A DNA stretch of 64,000 nt, from IMG/VR virus record IMGVR_UViG_3300032307_001039, one strand, 5' to 3'. Position 1 is the stretch's first letter; every line of letters begins with the position of its first letter. The translations under genes were made by a program, and so were the position numbers. The stretch is from an uncultured virus (IMG/VR IMGVR_UViG_3300032307_001039) (taxonomy: Duplodnaviria; Heunggongvirae; Uroviricota; Caudoviricetes). A model generated the notes under the pieces. That model saw only the letters and a list, made by a program, of their open reading frames with translations. It searched no databases and was not told the origin of the DNA. This document shows positions 1 to 8,509 of this stretch, piece by piece.

Positions 1-39
1 ATGTGTTTTTAGCTGTTCTATAATTTCTTTATCTAACAT
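1..39 (-). CDS. 5' end of a gene leaving the window (MLDKEIIEQLKTH...)
   Basis: ATG at 39 preceded by AAGGAG on the minus strand; only 13 codons visible. Confidence 0.5.
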   Translation of the reverse strand, partial: MLDKEIIEQLKTH

Positions 40-130
40 TTTTATCTCCTTATATAGTATTTTATAAGAGAAACTTAATAACTATTTTAAATTAATTTTA
101 TTTTTTAATAAATTTTATAAATAGTACTAT

Positions 131-161
131 TTAGACTTTCTATATTTTTCTATTATACAAT
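131..161 (+). promoter_or_regulatory. sigma70-like promoter TAGACT-N18-TACAAT
   Basis: Same spacing as promoters at 8309, 11802, 22579 and 23985; lies just before the first + strand operon. Confidence 0.5.
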
Positions 162-166
162 AGATT

Positions 167-400
167 GTGTTTAGATGTTATATTGAAATAGTTGATATGA
201 CACATTGGCGAGAGGTTTTTGTGAAAAGAAACTATCTTGATGTAATTTTAAATGAGCATTGTTATGTTTTTCCTTGTCATAGATTTGAAGAGTTTTATCA
301 AAAAATGAAGTTGAAAAGAATTTTTAATCATGATAAAGATGATCAAGCTATTTTGTATATAATTGGTTATGATAGAGAAATCAACACCGCAAGTAATTAA
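167..400 (+). CDS. hypothetical protein
   Basis: 77-aa ORF heading a co-directional overlapping run. Confidence 0.55.
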   Translation: MFRCYIEIVDMTHWREVFVKRNYLDVILNEHCYVFPCHRFEEFYQKMKLKRIFNHDKDDQAILYIIGYDREINTASN

Positions 401-782
401 TACGTTAAGACAAAATGAGATTTTAGTTTTTGGTAGCTGTTTGGATGGTCAACATCGTTTTGGTGAGGCTAAAGCAGCACTTCAATTTGGTGCAGAAATC
501 AATAAAAGCTTTGGTTTAGTTGGGCAAACATATGCTATACCAATTAGACATCGAGATTATAAAACACTTTTAGCTATTAATGAAGTTGAAAAACATATTG
601 ATAATCTTTTGAAATTTGCAAGAAGAAAACATGAACTAATATTTTATATTACAGCTGTTGGATGTGAACAAAAAGAACATGGTCACAGAATAATGGCACA
701 ACTTTTTAAGGATTTTTTAGAACTAGAAAATGTTTATTTGCCAATGCAATGGTTAAAAATTTTAAATGAAAAACAATCTTAA
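363..782 (+). CDS. A1S_2505-like phage protein (macrodomain-like), degenerate Gly loop
   Basis: NEILVFGSCLDGQH...FGA...GLVGQTYAIP and FYITAVGC resemble the family pattern IFVFGSNxxGxHGxGAA...GQxYAIP. Confidence 0.65.
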   Translation: MVMIEKSTPQVINTLRQNEILVFGSCLDGQHRFGEAKAALQFGAEINKSFGLVGQTYAIPIRHRDYKTLLAINEVEKHIDNLLKFARRKHELIFYITAVGCEQKEHGHRIMAQLFKDFLELENVYLPMQWLKILNEKQS

Positions 783-1140
783 TCAAAACATAGATAGCGA
801 GTCAGCAATGATCGATGGTTTAAAAAAAATACTGTTTTGCAATTTAGTGCAAATTAAAGAAGAATATCATTTTGATGATAAACTTTTCTCTTTAGCAAAA
901 GATTTTTTATTTCTTATTCTTGAAAACAATTTAATACCAAAAAGAGTAACTGATCTTCATGAAGATGGCTATGCTTTCAATTTTATTAAAAATAAAAACG
1001 AAGATATTGAAATTTGGTTTGAAATATACCCAGATGGAGAATTTGGATATATTGCTTTTGATAAAGTTAACAATTATAAGTTAGTTGCTAATGAAGATAT
1101 CGTGGATTTTAATAATTTTATAGAGTTTATGAAAACATGA
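766..1140 (+). CDS. hypothetical protein
   Basis: 124-aa ORF overlapping both neighbours. Confidence 0.65.
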   Translation: MKNNLNQNIDSESAMIDGLKKILFCNLVQIKEEYHFDDKLFSLAKDFLFLILENNLIPKRVTDLHEDGYAFNFIKNKNEDIEIWFEIYPDGEFGYIAFDKVNNYKLVANEDIVDFNNFIEFMKT

Positions 1141-1766
1141 AAATATTTTATTTATTACTATTTTTTTTCTTCTCTTGCTGTAACACAGACTTCTTTCTTG
1201 CCACTCAAAAAGATAGACTTCATGATTTAACCTTGAAATCAATATCAAAATGGGATTTAGGTATAAAAATAGAAGGTAAAAAAGAAAAAGCTGAAGTTAA
1301 CAATTTAATTATTATTTCTAAAAATTTAGCCTGTGAAGAACCTGAAATTTCTGAAAACAAAGAGATTTGTAAAAGCGAAATATCAAGATTAAAAAATGAT
1401 TATAATGAGATTATGGCTTTTTGTTTAACGGAAAATGACGATTATGGATATATAAAGAAAACACGAGTGGTTATTAATGATATGTTTTTTTATTCACTTT
1501 ATTGGACTGATGAAATAAAAATAAATGTTATTTCACACGAAATTGGACATTGTCTTGGCTTAAAGCATGTTTATATTGATAAAAACATTATGTACCCATT
1601 TCAAGAAAATGGACTACATAGTTTCAATCCTCAAAGAGTAATCTTAAAAAAACTTTATTTAGAAAATGATGAACCATCTCAAATTGAAAAGAATAAATAT
1701 TTTCAACACTACAAAGAGCACTTTCTTAGACATGAAAAAATACCATCTTTTTACTTAAAAATATAA
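1137..1766 (+). CDS. matrixin (M10/metzincin) zinc metallopeptidase, probable lipoprotein
   Basis: HEIGHCLGLKH zinc motif plus Met-turn IMYP; N-terminal MKIFYLLLFFFFSC signal/lipobox-like sequence. Confidence 0.8.
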   Translation: MKIFYLLLFFFFSCCNTDFFLATQKDRLHDLTLKSISKWDLGIKIEGKKEKAEVNNLIIISKNLACEEPEISENKEICKSEISRLKNDYNEIMAFCLTENDDYGYIKKTRVVINDMFFYSLYWTDEIKINVISHEIGHCLGLKHVYIDKNIMYPFQENGLHSFNPQRVILKKLYLENDEPSQIEKNKYFQHYKEHFLRHEKIPSFYLKI

Positions 1767-1776
1767 AAAATAATAT

Positions 1777-2061
1777 GTGTATGCTATGGGCATCAAACTT
1801 CTGCCAAAAGAAGTTGAAAATATTTCTGTTATCTATCTATGTGATTATCAAGCTAAAGAAGTTGAAGTTATAAACTGTTTTCAATTTGACAATATCAGAA
1901 CCATAGGGTTGGTCGACATTGAACCTTATGCTGATATTTTTTTTAGTATAGATTATAAAACTTTTTACAGAATAAGAGATGATTATAATGCTAAAATTAA
2001 TTTTGATCTTTCACTAAATAATTTTCTTCGATATTATAATTTAGACGAATGGGCAATTTAA
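1777..2061 (+). CDS. hypothetical protein
   Basis: 94-aa ORF in operon. Confidence 0.55.
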   Translation: MYAMGIKLLPKEVENISVIYLCDYQAKEVEVINCFQFDNIRTIGLVDIEPYADIFFSIDYKTFYRIRDDYNAKINFDLSLNNFLRYYNLDEWAI

Positions 2062-2076
2062 AATATAAAATAAAAA

Positions 2077-2382
2077 ATGAACGCTAATGATTATTCAATT
2101 AACACAGGAGCTTCTGTATATAATGCTTCTATTATGGGTTATAGTGGTACAAATACTAGTCCAACCACAAGTGGTAGTTTACACAGTGCATTTGCTACCA
2201 ATTCATTCACTGATGGTAATGCTACTGTTCCATATGAAATAATTAACGTTATGCTCGAAGAAATTAAAAAACTCTCAAAACGAGAAAGAGAAATTATTGC
2301 TAATCAAGATTTATTAAACAGGTTAATTAAAGAGAAAAAAATAAAAATCATCATAGAAATACCTGAAGAAGAAATGATTTGA
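2077..2382 (+). CDS. hypothetical protein, Ser/Thr-rich N-half and charged C-terminal helix
   Basis: 101-aa ORF composition. Confidence 0.55.
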   Translation: MNANDYSINTGASVYNASIMGYSGTNTSPTTSGSLHSAFATNSFTDGNATVPYEIINVMLEEIKKLSKREREIIANQDLLNRLIKEKKIKIIIEIPEEEMI

Positions 2383-2428
2383 TTTTTCTATGTGTTCATT
2401 TATGATGAAAAAATGATAAGATTATCCT

Positions 2429-2653
2429 ATGATGATTTTATTAAACATATTTTTTTATTTCACTTTTGGTATATTTTTAACTATTTTTTTAGATAAAATT
2501 AATCTGCTTACAGATATAATAGGAAATGTAAGAACAAAAAATGTTTTGTTTTTTCTCTCTATATACCCATTAATTTTAATGGTGCAAATGTTTTTATTTA
2601 TGCTGGCTTCGGTCAGCAATTTTTTTGATTTCTTAGAAAAAAGGGGAAAATAA
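2429..2653 (+). CDS. small membrane protein (2 TM)
   Basis: Two hydrophobic stretches; TAATG coupling to the Ro60 gene. Confidence 0.55.
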   Translation: MMILLNIFFYFTFGIFLTIFLDKINLLTDIIGNVRTKNVLFFLSIYPLILMVQMFLFMLASVSNFFDFLEKRGK

Positions 2654-4203
2654 TGGCTTTTAATAATTATACCGCTAATCAACAAGTAAAAGTGAGAGAA
2701 GATCAAATCATGAATAATGCAGGTGGTTATGTTTTCTCTATCGACGACATGAACTATCTAAAAAGATTTCTCGTTCTTGGCGTGGAAACGAATAACTACT
2801 ATGTCGCTAAAAATCAAATTTTAAATGAAGCCTCTGACAGAATAAAAAATATGATCAGCACAAGAGGTATAGAAGTTGTCGATATGATAGTTGAAGTTTC
2901 TGATCTTGGTCTAGCACCAAAAAACGATCCAGCCGTTTTTATTCTTGCGCTTTGTGCTAGTGATCAAAACGTGGAAACCAGAAGATATGCACTTTCAAAA
3001 CTTGAAATGGTTTGTCGTATTCCTACACATCTCTATCATTTTTTAGCCTATGTTAAAAATCGAAGAGGATGGGGTAGAACTCTAAAAAGAGCAGTGGCAG
3101 GATGGTTCAACAACAAAGCGCCAAAAGATCTAGCATACAGTTTAACTAAATATAATCAACGAGATGGTTTCAGTGCTACAGACGCTTTAAGATTATCTAA
3201 ACCAATTCCAACTTCAGAAGAACATCGTGTAATCTATAATTTTATTACTTATAACGAAAAGAAAAAAAACAGAGGCATAGATTTACTTTTAGAAAAAGCG
3301 AATTATTTTAACGAAAGTGCAAGTTATTTAAAACTAATAAGCAGATTGCCATCAATGTCTGAGGCTGAAATATGTGAAGTTATTGAAAAATATGGTGTAC
3401 CTTATGAAGTGATACCAACTGAAAAAAGAACAGCACTTGTTTATCAATCACTGATTAAAAAATCAGGTTTAACATGGTTAATCAGAAACATTAGAAATAT
3501 TGATAAGCATAAAATATTTGATAACAAATTGACAACTGAACAATATGTTTCTAGATTTAGTCAAGAAGCTATTAGAAAGAACAGAGTTCACCCAATAAAT
3601 ATTCTTATGGGTTTAGGTTACACTGAAAATCAGTTGGTAAATAAAGCTTTGAATGATGCTTTTTATAATGCTTTCATTAATGTTGAAAAAACTGGTAAGC
3701 GTCTTTATGTTGGCGTTGACTGTAGTGGCAGCATGACTCATCGTATAGACATGAGTAATATTAGCAGCATGCAAGTGGCAGCTTGTTTAGCTATGCAGTT
3801 TTTAAAAGTTGAAGATCAACCAGTGGTTAAAGGTTTTGGAAGTTCTATGATAGATCTCAATCTGCATAAAGATGATGATCTAAATCTGGTTATGCGAAAA
3901 ATGGAAGAACTTGACTGGAAGACAACAGATTGCGCTCAACCAATGTTGGACGCTATTAAACAAAAATTGTTAGTTGATTGTTTTATTATTATTACTGATA
4001 ATGAAACTTATTTTGGAAAAACTCATCCATTCGAGGCGCTAAAACAGTACAGAAAATGGAGTGGTATTGATGCTAAAATGATAGTCTTAGCAACTTCTAC
4101 CAGTGATTACAGTATTGCAGATCCAAGTGATGCTGGTATGTTAGATGTGGTTGGTTTTTCTAGTGATGTATTTCAAGTAATTAATTATTTTTTAAAAAAT
4201 TAA
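2653..4203 (+). CDS. rsr: Ro60/Rsr-like TROVE + VWA RNA-binding protein
   Basis: NNAGGYVF, RFLVLG, RGWGR..KRAV..W, KYNQRDGFS..D.LRL, VWA MIDAS DCSGSM and IITDNET, SIADP.D.GMLDVVGF. Confidence 0.95.
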   Translation: MAFNNYTANQQVKVREDQIMNNAGGYVFSIDDMNYLKRFLVLGVETNNYYVAKNQILNEASDRIKNMISTRGIEVVDMIVEVSDLGLAPKNDPAVFILALCASDQNVETRRYALSKLEMVCRIPTHLYHFLAYVKNRRGWGRTLKRAVAGWFNNKAPKDLAYSLTKYNQRDGFSATDALRLSKPIPTSEEHRVIYNFITYNEKKKNRGIDLLLEKANYFNESASYLKLISRLPSMSEAEICEVIEKYGVPYEVIPTEKRTALVYQSLIKKSGLTWLIRNIRNIDKHKIFDNKLTTEQYVSRFSQEAIRKNRVHPINILMGLGYTENQLVNKALNDAFYNAFINVEKTGKRLYVGVDCSGSMTHRIDMSNISSMQVAACLAMQFLKVEDQPVVKGFGSSMIDLNLHKDDDLNLVMRKMEELDWKTTDCAQPMLDAIKQKLLVDCFIIITDNETYFGKTHPFEALKQYRKWSGIDAKMIVLATSTSDYSIADPSDAGMLDVVGFSSDVFQVINYFLKN

Positions 4204-4207
4204 AAAT

Positions 4208-4281
4208 TGCGAAATGGTGTAACAGCAACATGTGACCCTCATAAGGTCGAGTAGCCAGTGCGACTCTGGCTTTCGCTACCA
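4208..4281 (+). tRNA. tRNA-Met (anticodon CAU), encoded CCA, atypical elbow
   Basis: Manual cloverleaf: acceptor TGCGAAA/TTTCGCT (U1.U72 mismatch), D stem GTGT/ACAT, anticodon stem TGACC/GGTCG with loop CTCATAA, T stem GCCAG/CTGGC with loop TGCGACT, 3' ACCA. Confidence 0.85.
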
Positions 4282-4297
4282 ATTAAGGAGACAGTTT

Positions 4298-4528
4298 ATG
4301 AATAAGGGAGTAAAAATTCAAGATATTTTAAGAGCTATTTTTGAAGAAGGTTTAGCAATTTTAAATCAAAAATACCATGTAGAATCTTATAAAATTATTT
4401 TTGACAATAAGACATATTGGGAAATACAAAAACCTAGATTTTATTTTGATATGTATCCAGAATCAAAAGTAGATAATACTCTTTGGGTAATGGATTTTCT
4501 TTATTTTAAAATAAGACGTAGTCGTTAA
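4298..4528 (+). CDS. hypothetical protein (start moved to ATG 4298)
   Basis: AAGGAG SD 7 nt before ATG 4298; the longer ORF start lies inside the tRNA. Confidence 0.6.
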   Translation: MNKGVKIQDILRAIFEEGLAILNQKYHVESYKIIFDNKTYWEIQKPRFYFDMYPESKVDNTLWVMDFLYFKIRRSR

Positions 4529-4944
4529 AAACTTTTATCTAGCCAATCAGCTTTCTTGTTCATTGTTTTCTGTATATAATTAACAAAATCATACACTGAT
4601 AAATCCTGTATACTATTCAAATAATAAACAATCTTATCAAAGATATTCTTATTGATTGGCTTATTGTAAGCCATGTGTAAATAGTTATTGTCATCAAGAA
4701 TTGAAACATAAAAACCTTCTAAAACATGTGGGGCTTGATCACCTTCAGTTTCATCCAGATTGGCATATGAGTTTGTTATTTTAAGCCAGATTGGACGATT
4801 TTTTGTTTTCTTTAAACCGAGATATGAATTGATTTTATTATTTTTGGTTTTAATTTTCTCTAGTTGTTTGTTAACTAGTTTTTGAAAATTAGTTGATTGT
4901 TGACTGGTGATACTTTCTTTTTGGTTGTATAGCTCTTCTAACAT
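4525..4944 (-). CDS. hypothetical protein
   Basis: 139-aa ORF. Confidence 0.6.
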   Translation of the reverse strand: MLEELYNQKESITSQQSTNFQKLVNKQLEKIKTKNNKINSYLGLKKTKNRPIWLKITNSYANLDETEGDQAPHVLEGFYVSILDDNNYLHMAYNKPINKNIFDKIVYYLNSIQDLSVYDFVNYIQKTMNKKADWLDKSF

Positions 4945-5144
4945 AAATCCTTTTGTTTTTTAATAACTTTTCTCATGTTGTTTTTAATATAAAATGACAT
5001 AATTGCACTTACTGTGCTTTTTTTTTCGTGACAAATTTCATTTAAAATTTGATTTTCTTTTTTTTCTTTTTCTACAGAATCTAAATTTATTATTTTTTTA
5101 CAAAGCTTTCTCCAAACTCTGTAAAGTGATAATTCATCTTTCAT
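4938..5144 (-). CDS. hypothetical protein
   Basis: 68-aa ORF overlapping the next gene. Confidence 0.5.
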   Translation of the reverse strand: MKDELSLYRVWRKLCKKIINLDSVEKEKKENQILNEICHEKKSTVSAIMSFYIKNNMRKVIKKQKDLC

Positions 5145-5173
5145 TGTCTTTGTAATATATTTTATAAAGACAT

Positions 5174-5203
5174 AAAAAAACGGCAGTTAAAACTGCCGTT
5201 TTT
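5174..5203. terminator. intrinsic terminator downstream of hsp20
   Basis: AAAAAAA-CGGCAG-TTAAAA-CTGCCG-TTTTT hairpin with T tracts on both strands. Confidence 0.8.
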
Positions 5204-5211
5204 AATTTTGT

Positions 5212-5640
5212 TTAGGAAAGGAAATTGATTTTTTTTGGAAGTTTTTTATGGTCCTCCTTGAACTCAATTTTTAGCACGCCGTCCTTGTAATTAGTAATAG
5301 GATTATCAGTGTCAAGTTTATCTGATAGCAGTACGCTTCGGCTAAACGAACTTCGTTTTATCTCTTGGAGAGAATAGTTTCTTTTTGCTTCATTTACTTC
5401 TTCTTTTTTATCATATGTTATCACTAAACGATTTCTATCTATAGAGACGTCGATATCGTTAGGATCGTAACCAGAGATAGATGCTTCAATCACATATCTG
5501 GTGTTATTGTTTTCATCTTCGTAAGAGTAAAGATTTAGCTTAGGGAATGAAGATGTGGTAGCATATCTCATATTAGATTGGTTACCAAAAAAATCTTCTA
5601 AATCGGAAAAGAGTGAGTTTCTTAAAATCATTGTGTTCAT
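5212..5640 (-). CDS. small heat-shock protein Hsp20 (alpha-crystallin domain)
   Basis: FPKLNLY...YVIEASISGY...IDVSI...SFSRSVLL...YKDGVLKI; GAGGA SD before ATG 5640. Confidence 0.92.
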   Translation of the reverse strand: MNTMILRNSLFSDLEDFFGNQSNMRYATTSSFPKLNLYSYEDENNNTRYVIEASISGYDPNDIDVSIDRNRLVITYDKKEEVNEAKRNYSLQEIKRSSFSRSVLLSDKLDTDNPITNYKDGVLKIEFKEDHKKLPKKINFLS

Positions 5641-5797
5641 GTTTATCCTCGTTTTGAGCAATATTTATTTAGAGAACTCCATATTGGACGTTCTCTATAA
5701 TATATCTTATTTTTGTTTTTTTTAAAAATGTATATTTTTTTTACAAAAAATAGAAAAAAAAATAAAAAATACTTTAAAAGAAACAAGGAATTTTAAT

Positions 5798-6970
5798 ATG
5801 CCAATTTTTTATGAGAATTTTTTAAAAAAAACTATACCAACAAACGCATACTTTGAAGAAGAAGTAAATATAACTGACTTAACTTTTAAAAGTTTAGAAG
5901 ATATTCCTGATCAGAATACGCCTTTAAAAAATATAGATAAAAATGTTGTTTTTTCCCAAGGAGTTGGGTATTTTTTGATTAGAATTAACGATTTGGTTTT
6001 TAGTTTTTCTTTTATTGCTGGAAAAAGTGATCTTGGTATTAAAAACTCAAAAGCTTTAACTTTTGGTTTAATAAAAAACGAATATTTAGATAAACCTGTA
6101 AAAAACTTCAAAGGTTTAACAAAAATGGCTTCATATAGAGATTCTGTTTCATCGCCATTTGTATCAGATTCTTCAAAAGAAATTCTTTGGAGAAGTATGC
6201 TAGGAGCATTTAAACATGCAATGAGTGGAAGTCGATTAATTTATCGTTCTACTTTAGAAGCTAGTGAATTTTATATTCTTAGTAATCTTTATGATTATAT
6301 TAAAGACGATGCTAACATTTTTTTTAAAAAAGAAATTACTGATAAAATACAAACTATGATAAACAACATAGATACCTCAATGAACAAAGCTAGTTATGCT
6401 AGTATATCAACTAAAAATTATAAACCTGAAAATCCATCTCTTTGGGCAATAGATAATCCCAGTAAATTAAACAAAAAAGTAAATAAAAGAACTGGAGAAA
6501 CAGTTAAGAGTTATTTATTTGAATTAAAAAAAGAAATAGAAGAAACTCAAGACGATAAGATAACAAAAGAATTACTAGCTGAAATATTAGAAAAACTTGA
6601 GCCTAAATCGTTTTTACGAACAAAAGGTTACACAGACATAATAAACAAAATTTTTGGAGCTGATAAGGTAAAAGAAATTTTTAAAAGTGATATGAAAGAT
6701 ATCAACGCTTATCTAAAAAGAATTAAAGATAAAATAGAAGAGCAAGCTTCTTTTATTGTCAAAGAAGGCAATAATAAAACTAAAAGAAACGTTTTTATAC
6801 CAGAAAAAGAAATAGAAAGTTTTTTAAAAAAAGTAAAAGAAGTTTTAGAAGATGAGAATAACGTAAATAAAGAATTAACTATATCAAATTTATTTGATGA
6901 TTTTTATATATCAAAAATTCAAAATATAAATTATTTAACAAATAAAAGATATATGGTTTTAAATATATAA
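5798..6970 (+). CDS. hypothetical protein, possible head-packaged protein
   Basis: 390-aa ORF with AAGGA SD; N-terminus MPIFYENFLKK...FEE loosely resembles a capsid-targeting leader. Confidence 0.65.
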   Translation: MPIFYENFLKKTIPTNAYFEEEVNITDLTFKSLEDIPDQNTPLKNIDKNVVFSQGVGYFLIRINDLVFSFSFIAGKSDLGIKNSKALTFGLIKNEYLDKPVKNFKGLTKMASYRDSVSSPFVSDSSKEILWRSMLGAFKHAMSGSRLIYRSTLEASEFYILSNLYDYIKDDANIFFKKEITDKIQTMINNIDTSMNKASYASISTKNYKPENPSLWAIDNPSKLNKKVNKRTGETVKSYLFELKKEIEETQDDKITKELLAEILEKLEPKSFLRTKGYTDIINKIFGADKVKEIFKSDMKDINAYLKRIKDKIEEQASFIVKEGNNKTKRNVFIPEKEIESFLKKVKEVLEDENNVNKELTISNLFDDFYISKIQNINYLTNKRYMVLNI

Positions 6971-6977
6971 GGAAAAT

Positions 6978-7889
6978 ATGAAAGAAAAATATTTAGAGTA
7001 TTTATATGATAAAGTTATTAACGAAAATGTTTTAGTCTCTGATGAAACTAAAGCTGAAGAGGATAATAACGAAAGAACAGTAAAAGAACTAAGTAAAACA
7101 TTTGGTTTTCAATACGCAACAGAAAATGAAAATATTCTCAGATATTTAAAAAATAAAACCATTGATGAGATTGAAAAAATTAGAAGCGAAGACATACTTA
7201 TTGGTGATTTTATTGACGGTAAAATTTATTTATATGAAATTATCGGTTCAAAAAGAACTTTTTATTTTATTGACAATAAAAAAATATATGTCGGTAAATT
7301 CATTGATATTCCAAACAGTGAAAACGATATGTACGAAATTGTTTTCTCAGAAAATAAAAAATTAAAAACACAAGATGTAAAAGAAACAGAAAAATTAAAC
7401 TTAAGTATTCAAAACATAAAAATATTAAGCAAGATATATATTATTATTACTACCTGCCCATATTTTAAAAGAGAAAACAATTCAGTTTTTTATTTTTCAA
7501 CCATCGAAAACAGTAACTTTAAAACATCCTTTAAAGATAGAGGAATAACAGAAGACGCTATTGAAGCTATTATTGATGAATGTGAAGATAATGTAAAAGA
7601 AGAAATAAAAACATTAACAGAATTGGTTCACGAAAATGAAATAAAAAATCTATTTAAAAATTTAAAAGAAAATGTTTTATCTACCATTAAACATGCTAAA
7701 ACTAAAAATAAAATTTATGAAAATTTTATGAGTTCTGTTGAAAACAATCTTAACGTAAAATTGAATAAATATACTTTTAATTATCGTAAAAAAGATAAAA
7801 TGAAAGTTTGCGTCGCGTTCTCAAAAAATAAATCTATTGAAGATATTAAAAAAACAATAGATAGTGCAAATCATAAATTTAAAAACTAA
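6978..7889 (+). CDS. hypothetical protein, possible head-packaged protein
   Basis: 303-aa ORF; leader MKEKYLEYLYDKVINE. Confidence 0.65.
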   Translation: MKEKYLEYLYDKVINENVLVSDETKAEEDNNERTVKELSKTFGFQYATENENILRYLKNKTIDEIEKIRSEDILIGDFIDGKIYLYEIIGSKRTFYFIDNKKIYVGKFIDIPNSENDMYEIVFSENKKLKTQDVKETEKLNLSIQNIKILSKIYIIITTCPYFKRENNSVFYFSTIENSNFKTSFKDRGITEDAIEAIIDECEDNVKEEIKTLTELVHENEIKNLFKNLKENVLSTIKHAKTKNKIYENFMSSVENNLNVKLNKYTFNYRKKDKMKVCVAFSKNKSIEDIKKTIDSANHKFKN

Positions 7890-7900
7890 GGAAAATTAAA

Positions 7901-8311
7901 ATGTTTAATAAGTACACAGATTTATATCTAGAAATGACAAATGATAAAAAAAATGATTTCTCCCCTATTAATGAAAAATACACAATAAGAGTTGATATGG
8001 ATGATGTTAATGATAAATTTACTTTAAAGGAAAAAATAAACATAATTTTTTATAAGCTTGATAAAAATATTTTAGTCGACCCTGAAAAAATAACTATAAC
8101 GTCTAAAAAAATCTTCAAAGGTACAGTAAGAGAAAGTTTAAAGACTTTTTTAGAAAACAAAATAGCACCAGTAACTATTTATGATTATTTACAAATTTTT
8201 CAAGATGATGTCGATCACTATGGACTATTAAAGATTAATGATCACAATAAAATTTTTGAAAAAATAGTCAATACGCTCATTACTGGCATTCCAATGTACA
8301 AAAATTTTTAA
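7901..8311 (+). CDS. hypothetical protein, possible head-packaged protein
   Basis: 136-aa ORF; leader MFNKYTDLYLE. Confidence 0.65.
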   Translation: MFNKYTDLYLEMTNDKKNDFSPINEKYTIRVDMDDVNDKFTLKEKINIIFYKLDKNILVDPEKITITSKKIFKGTVRESLKTFLENKIAPVTIYDYLQIFQDDVDHYGLLKINDHNKIFEKIVNTLITGIPMYKNF

Positions 8312-8338
8312 ACTTTATTTTGATAATCATCATATAAT
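8309..8338 (+). promoter_or_regulatory. sigma70-like promoter TAAACT-N18-TATAAT for the dnaE N-half operon
   Basis: Direct reading; twin of the promoter at 11802-11831. Confidence 0.6.
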
Positions 8339-8343
8339 TATAT

Positions 8344-8499
8344 ATGATAGCTATAGAATATGATGATTATTTAGAAATTGTTAAAAACCTACAAAAAATA
8401 AAAAATAAAGAAGATGTTGATATTAGTCTAAACAAAATAGACATTTTAATTAATAAAATAAGAATCAATAATCATACCATGAATGATGGTAGAGACTAA
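8344..8499 (+). CDS. 51-aa hypothetical protein (below ORF-track cutoff)
   Basis: ATG 5 nt after the -10 box; MIAIEYDDYLEIVKNLQK...GRD*. Confidence 0.5.
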   Translation: MIAIEYDDYLEIVKNLQKIKNKEDVDISLNKIDILINKIRINNHTMNDGRD

Positions 8500-8509
8500 G
8501 GAAGAAAAA

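Noticed and set aside
1..39. AhpF-like N-terminus
   Set aside because: Thirteen residues are too few to support a call
4232..4297. N-terminal extension of ORF 4232-4528
   Set aside because: Lies inside the tRNA; a better SD and ATG exist at 4298
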